NCBI RefSeq assembly: GCF_018350175.1
Contig: NC_058368.1
Coordinates: 130,202,001 to 130,266,000 of the forward strand
DNA length: 64,000 bases
Direction of reading: 5' to 3'
Source of the DNA: Felis catus
Lineage: Eukaryota
Part shown: one piece after another, positions 25,031 through 37,334 of the stretch
How positions within the stretch are numbered: the first letter of the stretch is position 1
How the letters are laid out: every line of letters starts with the position of its first letter
Made by a program: the position numbers and the translations under genes
Notes under the pieces: generated by a model
The model's database searches: none
Told to the model about the DNA's origin: nothing
Seen by the model: the letters and a program-made list of their open reading frames with translations, nothing else

Positions 25031-26099
25031 TGCCGAAGTGTGAGTATGAACACAGGGTGACCTACTACTCACTGTTTTACTGCTCCCACCCCATTTTATG
25101 GGAAGCCCATAAAACTGCAGAAAGTGGTCAGTGAAAGTGAAAACTACCTTAGATATCTGCTCAGTAAGGCTTGGTACCCAGAGATCTTCTTTGGAGGGGG
25201 CTTCAATTTAACGTGCACTCATGGTAAGATTAGTCAAACATGTATTATGTTGCTCAAGATATGTACAGCCTGGCATTTGCAATGTGCATTTCACTTTGCC
25301 TTTGAAAATCTCTGAGAAGAAGTTGGCTTGCTCAGCTTAAATATGTGGAGGTTTATAGCTTTCAGTTTGAATTTCATTGAACATGATTTCATTGCGTGGA
25401 GCCACATTTCACTTTGCAACTGAGCACCTGAATAAATGTGTTTTCTCGTCGAACTAAACAAACAAACAAAAATACCCATGAGCTAAAAGGAATAGAATGC
25501 CTGCTATACTCCAGTGCCGGGAACCCAGTAAAACTCCCACTTGCCATTGCGTGTTTTCCAACCAGCAAGACACAAATCAGCCATCACACATTTCTCTGCC
25601 GGGGGAGCAGTGTGCATTTCTGTGTGATCAGCAGTGCATTGCAAGTGAAACTTAGCCAGCTGCTTTTCCAGAGCTATAATTCTCTTAGGAAAGTGAGAAA
25701 AAAGCAGGTTTTAAAATAGAGCCAACAAAAAAGAAATAGGTGAACAAGATGGATAATAGTCATGGAAAACATTGTGGTCAACTCGTCCAACATGTCAACT
25801 GGTCTCTGTCTCTAAGGCAGGTGTTATTTTTATGCTGCCTTATGTTTAATGATTACATAAACTCTTACACTTAGTTTATGCTCAATGTCCTTGCCAAGTC
25901 AGAAAATAGATTATACATATCTAAGGTTTTATTCCTTTTCCTGGGGAGAAGTATAAAGTAGTAGAAAGCAGGGTATAATCCACAGAGATAACATTCTTAA
26001 CTCCTCAAATGGGCTTTGGAAGTTATCTTTTAAGCCTGAATTAGGGAAACAAGGGTCAGCATAGGCAGGGGCGGGGGGTGCTGCCAGGTCCTTGGGAAT

Positions 26100-27750
26100 A
26101 TGAAAGTGAAAAACTCAAAGTCATTCCCTCAAGGAGCTGACATTGCAATGGGATAATTCAAACAGCAAACATCCAAGTGGATTCATGGAGCAAATTTCAG
26201 ATACTGATAAATTCTATGAAGAAAATTGAAGAGGGAGATGTGACAGACAGTAATGGGGCAGGCGGTTCTACTTCACCTCAGGTAGTCAGGAAAGTCCTTT
26301 GTGAAGACATTTGAATTATGAGAGGAAATTGGGCACCTGAAGTCTGGGGAAGATACTTCTGACTAGAAGGAACAAGAAGGGTGAAGGCTCTGAAACAAAA
26401 CTGACCTTGAAATGTCTGAGGGGAAGAAGTAGGCTGATGTAGCTCAAATTTAAGATTTGAGGAGAAAAGTAAGGGAGATAATGTTAAAGGAATAAGCAGA
26501 GAACTGATTATACAGGGCCTTTTAGACTTTGGTAAGAAACTTGTATTTTAATGTGGGTGCAGTAGAAATTCATCAACGAGTAATAAGCGATGTAGTAAAT
26601 GATCTTTCTGCTATTTGTAGAACTGGTTATAGTTAAAAGGCAGCTACAGAAATTGACTGACAGATGGTGGCACACAGTTGGTGCAAGGTGGTAGAGTCAG
26701 GAATGATTCTAGAATAGACCTCCCCGAACTTGCTTTGGATTAGATACAGAATATGAGGAAGGAGAGGAATTAAGGATGACTTGAGGATTTTTGATTTGAT
26801 CAACTGAGTGGACATTGGTGCCATTTGCTCAAAAGAGAAAGACAAGGAAGGTGTGGACTGGGGAATCAAAAAATTCCTTTGGCCACACTAAGGGTGAGAG
26901 AGTTGTTAGACACCCATTGGGAGATGAGAATTAAGTAGTTGGATATCTGAGTGTGAAGTTCAATAACACAGTAAAATTGTTGACGCAAAATTGAATTATC
27001 AGAGTATGTTTATATTTTTGAAGCCAAGGGAGATTATTTAGGAAGAGAAGAAGGGCAGAGATCAGAAGAGAGTCAAAGACAGAATCCTGGCAGCATGACA
27101 GTGGTTAGGGGCTGGTGGTAGACAAGCCAGCAAGGAAGACAAAGTGACTACAGAAGGTGGGAGGAAATGTGGTGTCATAAAACTGTGAAAAAATTGTTTC
27201 CAGGAGGAATACCAATTCTTTCAAATGCTGATGAGAGTTGAAATAAGCTGAGGATTTCATTGGTCATTTGTGACCTTAACAAGGTTTATTTCAAAAAAGC
27301 AGTAGAGAGAAATCCTCTTTGCATTGGGTTGAGGAGAAAATTGGAGGCAAGTAAACGGAGATAGTGAGTATAGACAACCCCTTTGAAGAGCTAGAAGAGA
27401 GCAGAGATAGATGATCGGTGGTCACTGGGGAGGACATGGGCTCCAAGGACTGATTCTGAAGAAGGAAAGCAAACACTGAGATGTGTTTGATTTCCACTGT
27501 GAAGTATCCAGAAGAGATGGAGAAAGGAGGAAGAGAGAAAGAGGATAATTGCAGGAGTGAAGTCCTTGAGGGACTGGGATTTGTAACTTAGGTGAAAGGT
27601 TTTTGTATAGATAGGGGCAGGGACAGTTTCTCCTTAGTAATAGGAAGACAGCAGCATGCGTGGGCATAGGTCCAGTTAGGATGATAGTTGAATAGTGGGA
27701 AAATATCCTTCTCATCTGATTGCATGTAGTTTCTCTGTGAAGTATGAGGT
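26100..27750 (-). mobile_element. L2 LINE fragment(s)
   Basis: purine-rich; CCCTCAAGGAGCTGACATT, GGAATTAAGGATGACT...GATTTTTG, TTTCAAATGCTGATGAGAG. Confidence 0.75.
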
Positions 27751-28126
27751 GAGATCTCTGGTATTTGATTCTTTCTGCTCAGCTCTTAGTTTTCTCATTT
27801 CCCAGATTACTTAGTGCTTGAACTCTTCTATAACATTAGCTTGAAAATGACTTTGGTTTGCCATGGGACCAACTCTAACTTCAAATCTATGAGACTCTAT
27901 AACTCTGGTGATCAAAATGGTCTTACAATGGCTTTTATGTCTCTTGCTAAGAATGGTGAGAGGGAAAACCTGAATGCTTCATTGTAGTATCTTAGCTTTG
28001 GGTCACTGTCTACTTCTGATCCCATTAGCTATAGCTGAAGGTCTTGGAGACCTTGAACAAACACGCAGTGTAGACTTAAGTTCTTTATCATGGGCTATTG
28101 TAAAGAAGACAGTGTGGATTAGACAA

Positions 28127-28629
28127 TGTATTAATTTCCTGTGGCTCCTTTGATAAATTACCATAGACTTGGTGTCTTAAAACAGCATAAATGTATTCTC
28201 TCACTGTTGTGGAGGCCTAAAGTTCAAAATAAAGATAGCAGCAGAGCCATGCACCCTCCTGAAGCTCTAGAAGAGAAATCGTTTCTTGCCTCTCCTACTT
28301 CTAAGTGCCTGCTGGCATGTCTGGACATTTCTTGACTTGTGGCCACATCACTCCAATCCCTGCCTTCACATTGCCTTCTCCTCCAGGTGGGTCCCTTTTC
28401 TGTGTGTCTGTTGGAAAACTCCCTCTACCTCTGTCTTATAAAGTTACGTATGATTATGTTTCGGGTCCAATAGCATCATTGGAGAGGTCATCTTCTCAAG
28501 ATCCTTAAGTACATCTTTTGCTACATAAGGTAGTGTTCACTCTTTTGCCATATAAGGTAATATTCATAGGTTCTACAGATTAGGATGTGTCTATAACTTT
28601 TCTAGGGCCGCCGTTCAGCCCACTCTACA
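28127..28629 (-). mobile_element. MLT1C/D-like MaLR solo LTR
   Basis: TGTATTAATTTCCTGTGGCT...AATTACCATAGACTTGGTGTCTTAAAACA...CACATCACTCCAATC...TTCAGCCCACTCTACA. Confidence 0.88.
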
Positions 28630-29725
28630 CAGGTACTTGAACTCTTGAGAATGTTTTCCAGGCATTCCCCTTTGACAAACATTTTCTAAAGGATAAGATT
28701 GGGGATAAAGGATGCAAGTGTTGGATTCAATATTTTGCCTGAATCAGTCTCTGAGTAAACCATCTGACGAAAAGGATTTGTGGTAACTTAAATATTGATT
28801 GATAGTCCCCCTGAAAAATAGCACTCATTGGCACCGTTTTGGTTATGTAATGAGAGAATGCATTTGAACCAAACCTGTTTTCTCCTTGTTGAATATTGTA
28901 TATACAGAACAAAAGCAGCAGATAACTGTGGAAGAGAAATTGATTAAATAGGCATTATCGTGAAGTGTGGTAAAACAGTTTCTTAAAGGAACAGTCTGCC
29001 TTTACCTTGCTGTCTTTTCTTGTCAGTGAAAAAGGGAAAACAGGTATATAAGTAGGAAGTAGCTTCTGGAGTTAGAAGGGGATGAGAAAGAATAGTTGTA
29101 GCTTTATTAAAGCTGTTGGAGTCATTTCCTCTGCCACATTGAGTGTTCTCTGTACAATTCCCTTACCCTGCTGTCTTAGCTCAGGAAAGCACGGTTACAG
29201 TGCTGTCCTTGGGTCCACCTTTCTGGAAGAAATCCTCCTTTGATATAGTTATTCTTGTCAGAGCTCTTTTCTTCAGCCATTTAACTCCTAAGTTCCACCT
29301 ACTAAATTAGAGGAGAGGAATTATTCTAAGCATCTAATTAATGATTTTCTCTTCTGGGATGTCTGAAGACCCCAGAGTTGTTTCCTCTGAGAAGCACCAT
29401 CTACATGTTTACATCTAGTCTACCTAATTTGACTTTAAACAGGGACCTTAATACAGGGACCTGTATTCTGTGAAGTTTAGCAGCATCTGCAATTACTAAA
29501 CTCACTTGTTTTGCCCCTGTCCTCACCCCTGGAAACAAGAGTGGGCTCTAGAAATTTTACGAGGGAAGCCTCAAGCTTCCTGGAGGAAGATAAAACCCTC
29601 TTGGGTTTTTAAGCCCATGGAGAAGCTCATTGGTCACTTCCACCCTCAGAGTGGTTTCTGAAATTGCTGGCCTCCCTTCCCACGCAGGAAACAATGGGCC
29701 ACCCCATTTGCCATTCTACTCTTAC

Positions 29726-29793
29726 TGTTATGTTATGTTATGTTGTTATGTTATGTTATGTTATGTTATGTTATGTTATGTTATGTTATGTTA
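29726..29793. repeat. (TGTTA)n pentanucleotide microsatellite at an L1 tail
   Basis: directly visible. Confidence 0.93.
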
Positions 29794-30449
29794 CTTTATT
29801 TTATAGCTTTTATTTAAATTCCAGTTAGTGAATATATAGTATAATATCAGTTTCAGGTGTAGAATTTAGTGATTCCTCTCTTACATGCAACACCTGGTGC
29901 TCATCACAGTAAGCATCCTCTTTAAGTTCCATCACCTATTTTACCCCATCCCCCACCCACCTCCCCGTGGGGAACCATCAGTTTTTTCTATATAGTTAAG
30001 AGTTTATTTCTTGGTTTTCCTCTCTTTTTTTTCCGCTCTGTGTTTGTCTGTTTTGTTCTTAAATTCCACATATGAGTGAAATCATTATGGTATTTCTCTT
30101 TCTCTGACTGAATATTTCACTTAGTAAAATACACTCTAGCTCTGTCCACGTCATTGCAAATGGCAAGATTTTATTCTTTTTGATGGCTGAGTAATCTTCC
30201 ATTGTGGGTATATGTATGTATGTACATCTTGTTTATCCATTCATGACTTATCATTAGGGCCGTACAAATCAAAAGTACAATTAGGTAACAGCCAGAATGG
30301 CTAAAAATAACAACACAAGAAACAAGAGGTGTTGGTAAGACTTTGGAGAAAGGGGAACCCTCTTACACTGTTAAGAGGAGTGCGAACTGGTGCAGCCACC
30401 CTGGAAAACAGCATGGAGGTTAATCAAAAAGTTAAAAATTGAACTATCC
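29794..30449 (-). mobile_element. Carnivore L1 3' end with inverted 5' segment (30246-30449 on +)
   Basis: 29794-30244 is antisense L1 3' UTR/ORF2 end; 30246-30449 is sense ORF2 (QPPWKTAWRLIKKLKIEL). Confidence 0.9.
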
Positions 30450-31089
30450 TCTCTTTTTAGAGGCAGCCCTCAGCCAGCTTGCAGTGGATCCTTTGGGGAT
30501 GGATTAGAGATGGGCTTATCTACTTTCCACATTGTCAGGTGGGAGGATATGTTTGAATTAAACAATAGAATTGCATCCCCAAAAGTATCTTTTGACAGCA
30601 TATGGTTTTAACATTTTGGTAATTCTTGAATCATCTAGAGCTATTCTCGAAACTTGAAAGGGCCACTTCTATACCCAAGACTGGATGATTTGACATTCTG
30701 TAGCTGTAGCCAAATACCCTTGGCTTTATTATTTTTTTCTCTGGTAGAATATTTCATAACACAGCACTGACTGCCCAACACCTCTCTTTGGAGAAATCTT
30801 TGTTATTTAAGGACAGTAAAAAAATTCTTTAGTCTTCTCTTTTTTGAGTAAGTTCCTTAATATTTCCTCTTTGGACACATTTTCTTTTTCTTTCATCATT
30901 TATAATAGTTCTTCCCTGAGATTTCCTGGCCTCTACATTCCTGTAAAGGAGTAGTAACTGAAAATACCCATGATGTTCATGTATAGGTCTTTCTTCCCCT
31001 CAGTATAATACAAAGTTTATCTTTACACAAGATATCACCACTTTCATTTTGTTTAAAGTGAATATTATAGAGAAATGGCTGATTTTTTG

Positions 31090-31180
31090 GTGATAGTTAA
31101 TTTTATGTGTCAACTTGACTGGGCCATGGGGTGCCCAAATACTGCTTAAATATTATTCCTGGTTGTGTTTTTGAGGGTGT
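31090..31180 (+). mobile_element. MLT2-like (ERVL) LTR 5' fragment, followed by other old LTR-like sequence to ~31600
   Basis: TGATAGTTAATTTTATGTGTCAACTTGACTGGGCCATGGGGTGCCCA matches the MLT2 start. Confidence 0.7.
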
Positions 31181-31689
31181 AGATGATGCTGGGGAGGGTT
31201 CAAGGAAGAGGTACTTTGCTCCGGATTGGAAGGGAAGATAAATCTATGGTTGGATATTTTAATAAATCTAATTTAAAGAATGATATGATTAGGTACTTAC
31301 TAAATCTTACAAGGCTGGAGCAAGACTAAAGCTGTAATTATCATAGAGGCAGCAGTCATTCATATCTGGAAAAGGTGAGTGTTTGATGTTTTTGTGGTCT
31401 GCACAGTGACCTTGTTTTTGCCTATGGTTAAAGAACATTATGAAATGGTCTTGTAATTATTATTTCTTTTAACCTCACTTCTTCAAAGTCATAAGGTGAT
31501 TTGATGTTCTATGAATTTATTTACATCCAGCAAAAGAACCCTGAGGTCTAGCAATGAATGTCAGGCCAGCTTTTAGAGTTTAGGGACTGCTTTTCTGTTC
31601 CTTTGAGAAAGAGGTTTTTTTTTTCCATCTTTTTCATTTTTAACAGAAGAATAACACAAAATAAGAGCAGAAAAAATAAAGCGTTTTCA

Positions 31690-32460
31690 TAATCTCTTTT
31701 CAACCCCTAATGAAATAATGGATTTAGGCAATCTAGATGCTAAATCATTAGGTGAAATAATATTTGGGTACTTTGTTATGAGTGGTTCAGGCTGATACCC
31801 TTTGAACCACTGATCAGTGTTAACATCACTAAAAGTGGGATAGATAGATATTACATGACTCCTTAGTGATGTACAGCACCATTTTTGAAATATTATTGCC
31901 AAAAAAATTGAATCTGAATTCCATCAAGTCTCAAACTTAACAATATATAGGAAACATGAGGAATAGAGCATCATCTTATATAATATCATGAAGGTACAAT
32001 CAGCCAAATCTAGAATCTTTAGCAAGTAAATGTCATGAAAAAAGAGAGAGAGAGAGGTGGGGGAGGAAATGTTATAGATTAAAGAGACTTACAAAACATA
32101 TCAACAAATACAGTATGTGACTTTTGTTGGGATTCTACTTCAAACTACTCATGTTAAGGGACACTTTTGAGATGATCAGAGAAAACTGAGTAGATTTTGG
32201 GCTTAGTTGCTATTAAGAAATAATTATAAATTGTGTTGGTTATGAAAATGGTACTGTTATTTTAAATGTTTTTATCTGTAGAGATGGAGTCTGACATACT
32301 TGTGAACGAAATGATATCATATATGATACTTCTCAAGAAAAAGAAAAGGTTGGAAGGTGGATAGATAAACAAAAAAAATGATAGAATGTTGCTAAATCTT
32401 AGGGTGGGTGGTGCTCATTCTTTGTAGATTCATTCTTTATACTTTTGGGTATATTTGAGA
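31690..32460 (+). mobile_element. Old L1MC/ME-like 3' end
   Basis: TCAGGCTGATACCCTTTGAACCACTGATCA, AATCAGCCAAATCTAGAAT, TATAGATTAAAGAGACTTA. Confidence 0.7.
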
Positions 32461-32534
32461 GGTGGCGGGTCAAGCAGTCTGTAAAGAAGGTGTATATTCT
32501 GTTTCACATCACTCGTTTGTCCTCTCCTCTGAAG

Positions 32535-32567
32535 GGCACCATCACCCACTATAAAGAGTCAAAGAAG
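32535..32567 (+). other. Candidate 33-nt micro-exon
   Basis: pyrimidine tract TTTGTCCTCTCCTCTGAAG| and donor AAG|GTAAGA; length is a multiple of 3. Confidence 0.3.
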
Positions 32568-35249
32568 GTAAGACTGCCAGTCATCTCCCTTAATAAATGC
32601 TCCAGCACTGGAAATGCCTCTACTTCTCAGAGAAATGATTCTATTTCTCAGAGATTTCTTCCACAATTCCCAGGTACTGCTTTGCTCAATTTCTGTTTAA
32701 GATGGCTTTTATCGGATAGAGGTTCTTTGAAATGACAAAGGTTTCTAATAGTTACTGATTTAAAACTATTTTCTGCCTCATTCATTTCTTCAAGGTTATG
32801 TGTCCATCGAAATGAGAGGTCTGTTATAGGAAGAATTGACTAGATTATAATATGGAGTACAATTTTTATATCGTGACTGTCATATTCATTATTGAAAGGC
32901 TGAGCTGAAAGTTGATGACCATATTACCTTGAAACTTTCTATGGAATTCAACATTTTATGGTATTTTCCACCCACAAGAAAATCTTCTGTTAAGTATTCA
33001 AATGTTTAGAATCCCCATAGAACTGGAAAAATAGTCACTGCCTAAAATGGATGAAGACTAAAAGACAAAGCAAGTGTACCTCATCCTCTTGGGGTCTCTA
33101 TTTTTAGCTCCAGTTTTGCTCCCAGGCATAGAGGTGAATAACTCTGTCAGCCATTTCTCCTTACTAAATATGCATCCTGACCCTCTCTCTTTACTTACTC
33201 ATCAGATTGGCATTTTTGGTATTTCTTTCAGCTGTTCTGATTATCTTAAAAATTCTTAATAATTTAAAGACACTTTGTCCATAAAATATTATGTGTATTT
33301 CTGTAACCACAGAGTGTCTGGGAGTAGAATTCTGTGTTGTTATACAATGCATGCTGGATAGAATCATGCACAGTGGTTAGTTGCACTTTTCTCTCTCTTG
33401 CAGTTTTGTGGTAGTTTTTGTAAAATAGACAATGTTTCTCTGTTCCGCAAAATGGTGTGGCATGGATTTATTTACTTGTCAGTCAAAATTATGTCTAATA
33501 AATGTCATGATGTGAAGGTAGCTCCTGGAAGCACTTTAGATTACCTTATTTGAAAAGTAATGCTGATGATGGGAGTTAGGAAATGATTTATTTTGTGTAA
33601 GGAAAGGGTCAACAGCACTGTCTCTGAAAGGTGGGGTCCTCAAATCTTTTCCTTTCATTTGGAGGGGTTATTACACTTCCCTTCTTTCCATAAATGAGAC
33701 CTGGCCTCTGTTTTAGGGGACTCTCACAGGGAAATAATCAGATAAGATTACTTGGTCTCCCAAATGTCAAGTAGAAGTGGGGAGACAAAGTGAAAGAATG
33801 ACGTATGGGGCCTCTTTCAGCTCAGAGGACACAATGGCTAGGGTCTGCCTAGAGGGAAGGAAGAGGAAAGGTTTCAGAGGAGAGGCAATGCTTAAACTGA
33901 ATTTTAAAACATGCAGAAGGACATGCTAGGAAAGCAGAGGGATGTGAACAAAGTCGGGGAGACCTGAAATAGTGTGGTATATCCAGGAAACTGCAGCTTC
34001 ATTCAGTGGTGCTGGAGGATTGTGTGTAGGCACGTGTGTACATGTGCACAGTAGTAGGTAGGTATGTTGTAGGTATGTTGTAGAGGCAGGGTAAGGATAA
34101 TGCTGATTTGAGAAGTTATAACAAGAATGATGTTGGAGGTGTCAGCAAGGGTGAGCTCAAAGGTTTTGTGTGTGTTGCTAAAAAATAGGACCTTAGGTTG
34201 TTGACCTCTTACTATCATCCTATCTCCATCATGGGCTTTCCGTAATAGCTTAGGCACCCTTACACAAAGGCCCACCGTGACCTTTGGAGAGAACATCACA
34301 ATCTAAGTAAGATACGAACTATATGTACATTTGTGTCAGTGTTGCTCTGGGCGTGGGTTTGAGGTAGTTCAGGTTTATGCTTTTGAGAATTTTGGCATTT
34401 TTTTTTCATAAAGCTAAGAGTATGGGGCAGGACAACAACCTGGCATAAGCTTATCATGGGTGGGATTTGTTGCAGATACAGGCTTTCCAACATGCCATGT
34501 TAATTAGTGCTTCTAGAAAAACTCTACTTGAATTTTATGCAAAATCTTGATATTTGCTTGTAGAACTCTTGCCTTCTTTCTTTCTTCATGTTTTGATGAA
34601 ACTTCACTAATTTTTTTTGTCATTTAAACTATCTATTGCCTGCACTCTGTTCATGATTTTAAAAGGGGAGTTCATTTTCTACTGTTTCCACTTACAATTT
34701 AAGGCCTCAGATGTAATAATTTAGTCTTGGGTTTGTACAAAAAAGCATAAAGAGTTTAGGTATCAAATATTCCTGAAATAACAGTTCCCATTAGTTCTCT
34801 GATGAACTTCAGAGCAAACAATTAACAACTTGTCCTTGAGAGAAGGTAATGTTCATTCCCATTTATGCTCTAACAGGAGATACTGCCCTAACGTATTCCA
34901 GAGGGTTGGAAGAGGAAGGTGTCATGGTAATCCAATTCCTTCAGCTAATCAAGCAAATTGTCAGCTTCTTGAATGGCTTAGATGCAATAAAAATATGTCT
35001 GGGGAAAAATCAGGCAGCTACAGTTTTGACAGTTTAGATTAAAATCTACCTGCATGCAGCTGCATTTTCTTTTATTAAAGTGATCCATTTTGCTTATCCT
35101 TGCTAGGCCCTTAAACAAAGAAGGCACCTTGAGATATTCTGTCCTTCAAGTTTTCTTTTCTTTTTTTTTTTCTTTCTTTTTTCTTTTTTTTACCCGGAAC
35201 TTCTGGCTGGTTGGTGAAGTTACACTGAAAAGGAATCCTCTTTACTGAG

Positions 35250-35755
35250 CATTCTGGTTATCTATTGCTGTGTAGCATACTGTCCCAAATATACTACTTT
35301 TGTTTTGATTTTAAGGGTCAGGCATTCAGATGTGATACTGTGGGCAAGCCCATTTTGGTTCCCAGGGTCTTGGGCCTCAACCAGGATGACTCACATGCCT
35401 GGAGGCTGAAACAGCTGGGGACTAGTAAGTCATCTTCCTCTATATGTAGTCTCAGGGCTTCTCCATGTGATCTTCCCAAGTGATCTCTTCACCATGGTGG
35501 TCTTGGAGTAGCACAATTTCTTATACAGGGGCTCAGTGTTCTAAGAGGGAGTATTCTAAAACACCAGGCTGAAAGGTGTCAGGGCTTTGGTAACCTGCTC
35601 TTGAAAGTCATAAGGCATCACTCTGTCATATTTAGTTTGTCCCTCAGGGCTAGCCCCCATTCTGCATGGGAGGGGACCTCATGGAGATGTGAATACTAGA
35701 TGGCATGGATCACTGGGAGAAGGGGTGTGGGTCATCTTGGAAGCTGGCTACCACA
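35250..35755 (-). mobile_element. Old MaLR LTR (MLT1H-like)
   Basis: TGGTTATCTATTGCTGTGTAGCA...CTCACATGCCTGG...GGCATGGATCACTGGG...ATCTTGGAAGCTGGCTACCACA. Confidence 0.75.
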
Positions 35756-35994
35756 GTAAGTCATCACCAACGATAGTGAGCCTCTCTTCTTCTGTTCACT
35801 GTACTCACTCCTCTTAGAAATGAAGACAAGTTAGTTTTCTCCAAGGCGTCCACTGTTGCCCACCACACCTAGCCCCCTTCTTCCAGAATACTCTTTTCAT
35901 GGGAAGCTGAAGAGACCTTAACAGTTTGTTTCTGATCATAAATCTTCATGTTCAAAGCTTTTTAGTGGCTTGTTATTGGTCTTAGGATAAAGAC

Positions 35995-36830
35995 CTTCAT
36001 TCACCAAATATTAGTGAATACTTACTCTGTCTCAAGCAATATTTCAGGCCCTAGGGGTACCACAGCGACTACAGCTGACAGAAATTTCTGTCTTCATGGA
36101 GCTTGCATTCTAGCATGTGTGTGGAACACAGTAAATAAGGGCAAATATTTACTGTGATTTATTAGGGATAAAAGTGAACCAGGTAAAGAAAAGGGGAAGA
36201 GTGATTTACAACTTTAAATAAGATAGTTAGGGAAAGCCTTACTGAGAGGGTGACACTCATGTGGATATCTGAAGAAAAAGAATGTTGGTAGAGGGAATAG
36301 TAAGTGTAAAGGCTCTTAGAGGGGAGCATGTCTGCCTTTCAAAGAAAGCTGGAATGTTGGGTAGGGGGCACACAGAATGAGAAGGAGACAAGTGGGGGAT
36401 CAAGTCAGAGGTTTACTAGTGGACCAGATAATGTAGGGCCTTGTGGTCCATAGTGAGGTGAGACAGGGGGGTGTCTGGAGACCTTGGGAAAGGCAGTGAT
36501 GTGGTCTGGCTCTTGTTTTAAATGCATACTCTTGGGGAGCAATTGGAGAAATAGAAAGACCATTTATTTGGCAATTGCAGTAATCTAGGAGAGAGGAGAT
36601 GGTGGCTTGAGCCAGGATAGCATGGTGAAAATGATGAGAAGTAGTTCACTAGAAGAGTATGTTTTGAAGATAAAAATGAGAAAGTTTTGCTGATGAATTC
36701 AATGTTGGGTATGAACGAAAGAGGAATCACAGATGATATCAAGCAGCCAACAAGACAGAATTGCCGTTTATCCAGATGGAGGAATCTTCCACAGAACAGA
36801 TTTAGGGGAGTGTTCAGCTTGGGCATGTTA
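35995..36830 (-). mobile_element. L2 3' fragment nested in an oppositely oriented L2 (~35800-37250, +)
   Basis: TTCATTCACCAAATATTAGTGAATAC tail and CTTCATGGAGCTTGCATTCTAG; the flanks rejoin as a + strand L2 ending GTGCCTGG...CACTGAATAA. Confidence 0.7.
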
Positions 36831-37292
36831 AAAAAATGTTTAACATGACCTTCAAGGGCATATTTACCTTTCCGTATCCTGATGCCCTGAACCCATACCT
36901 CCATGCTTCAGTCCTGCTGATCTCTCACTTCCATGAGTGACCAGCAATCTCCTTTCCCCTTAGCACTTTTTCACATATTTCGCCCCATCTCTGAAATGCC
37001 CTCCCTGCTCCCCCCGCTTGCTGGTTAATCTCTAGTCTTTCAAGGTCCAGGTCAACTATTACTTGCTCAAAGAATCCTTCTCAATCTCTTTATCTAGGTT
37101 TATGTGCCTATAACACCCTGTAAATAATGGTTGATGTCTGAAGGTTACCCTTGGCAGGAATGTATGCTACATGGGAAGAGGGACTCTTCTGGGCTGCTCC
37201 TCATTATCCTCAGTGCCTGAATGGTGCCTGGAACCTGGTAGCACTGAATAATTATTTTAATCATCCTGTCTACTCAAATATTATAATTAATG

Positions 37293-37334
37293 TAATATAA
37301 TATAATATAATATAATATAATATAATATAATAAT
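37293..37334. repeat. (TAATA)n microsatellite
   Basis: directly visible. Confidence 0.9.
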
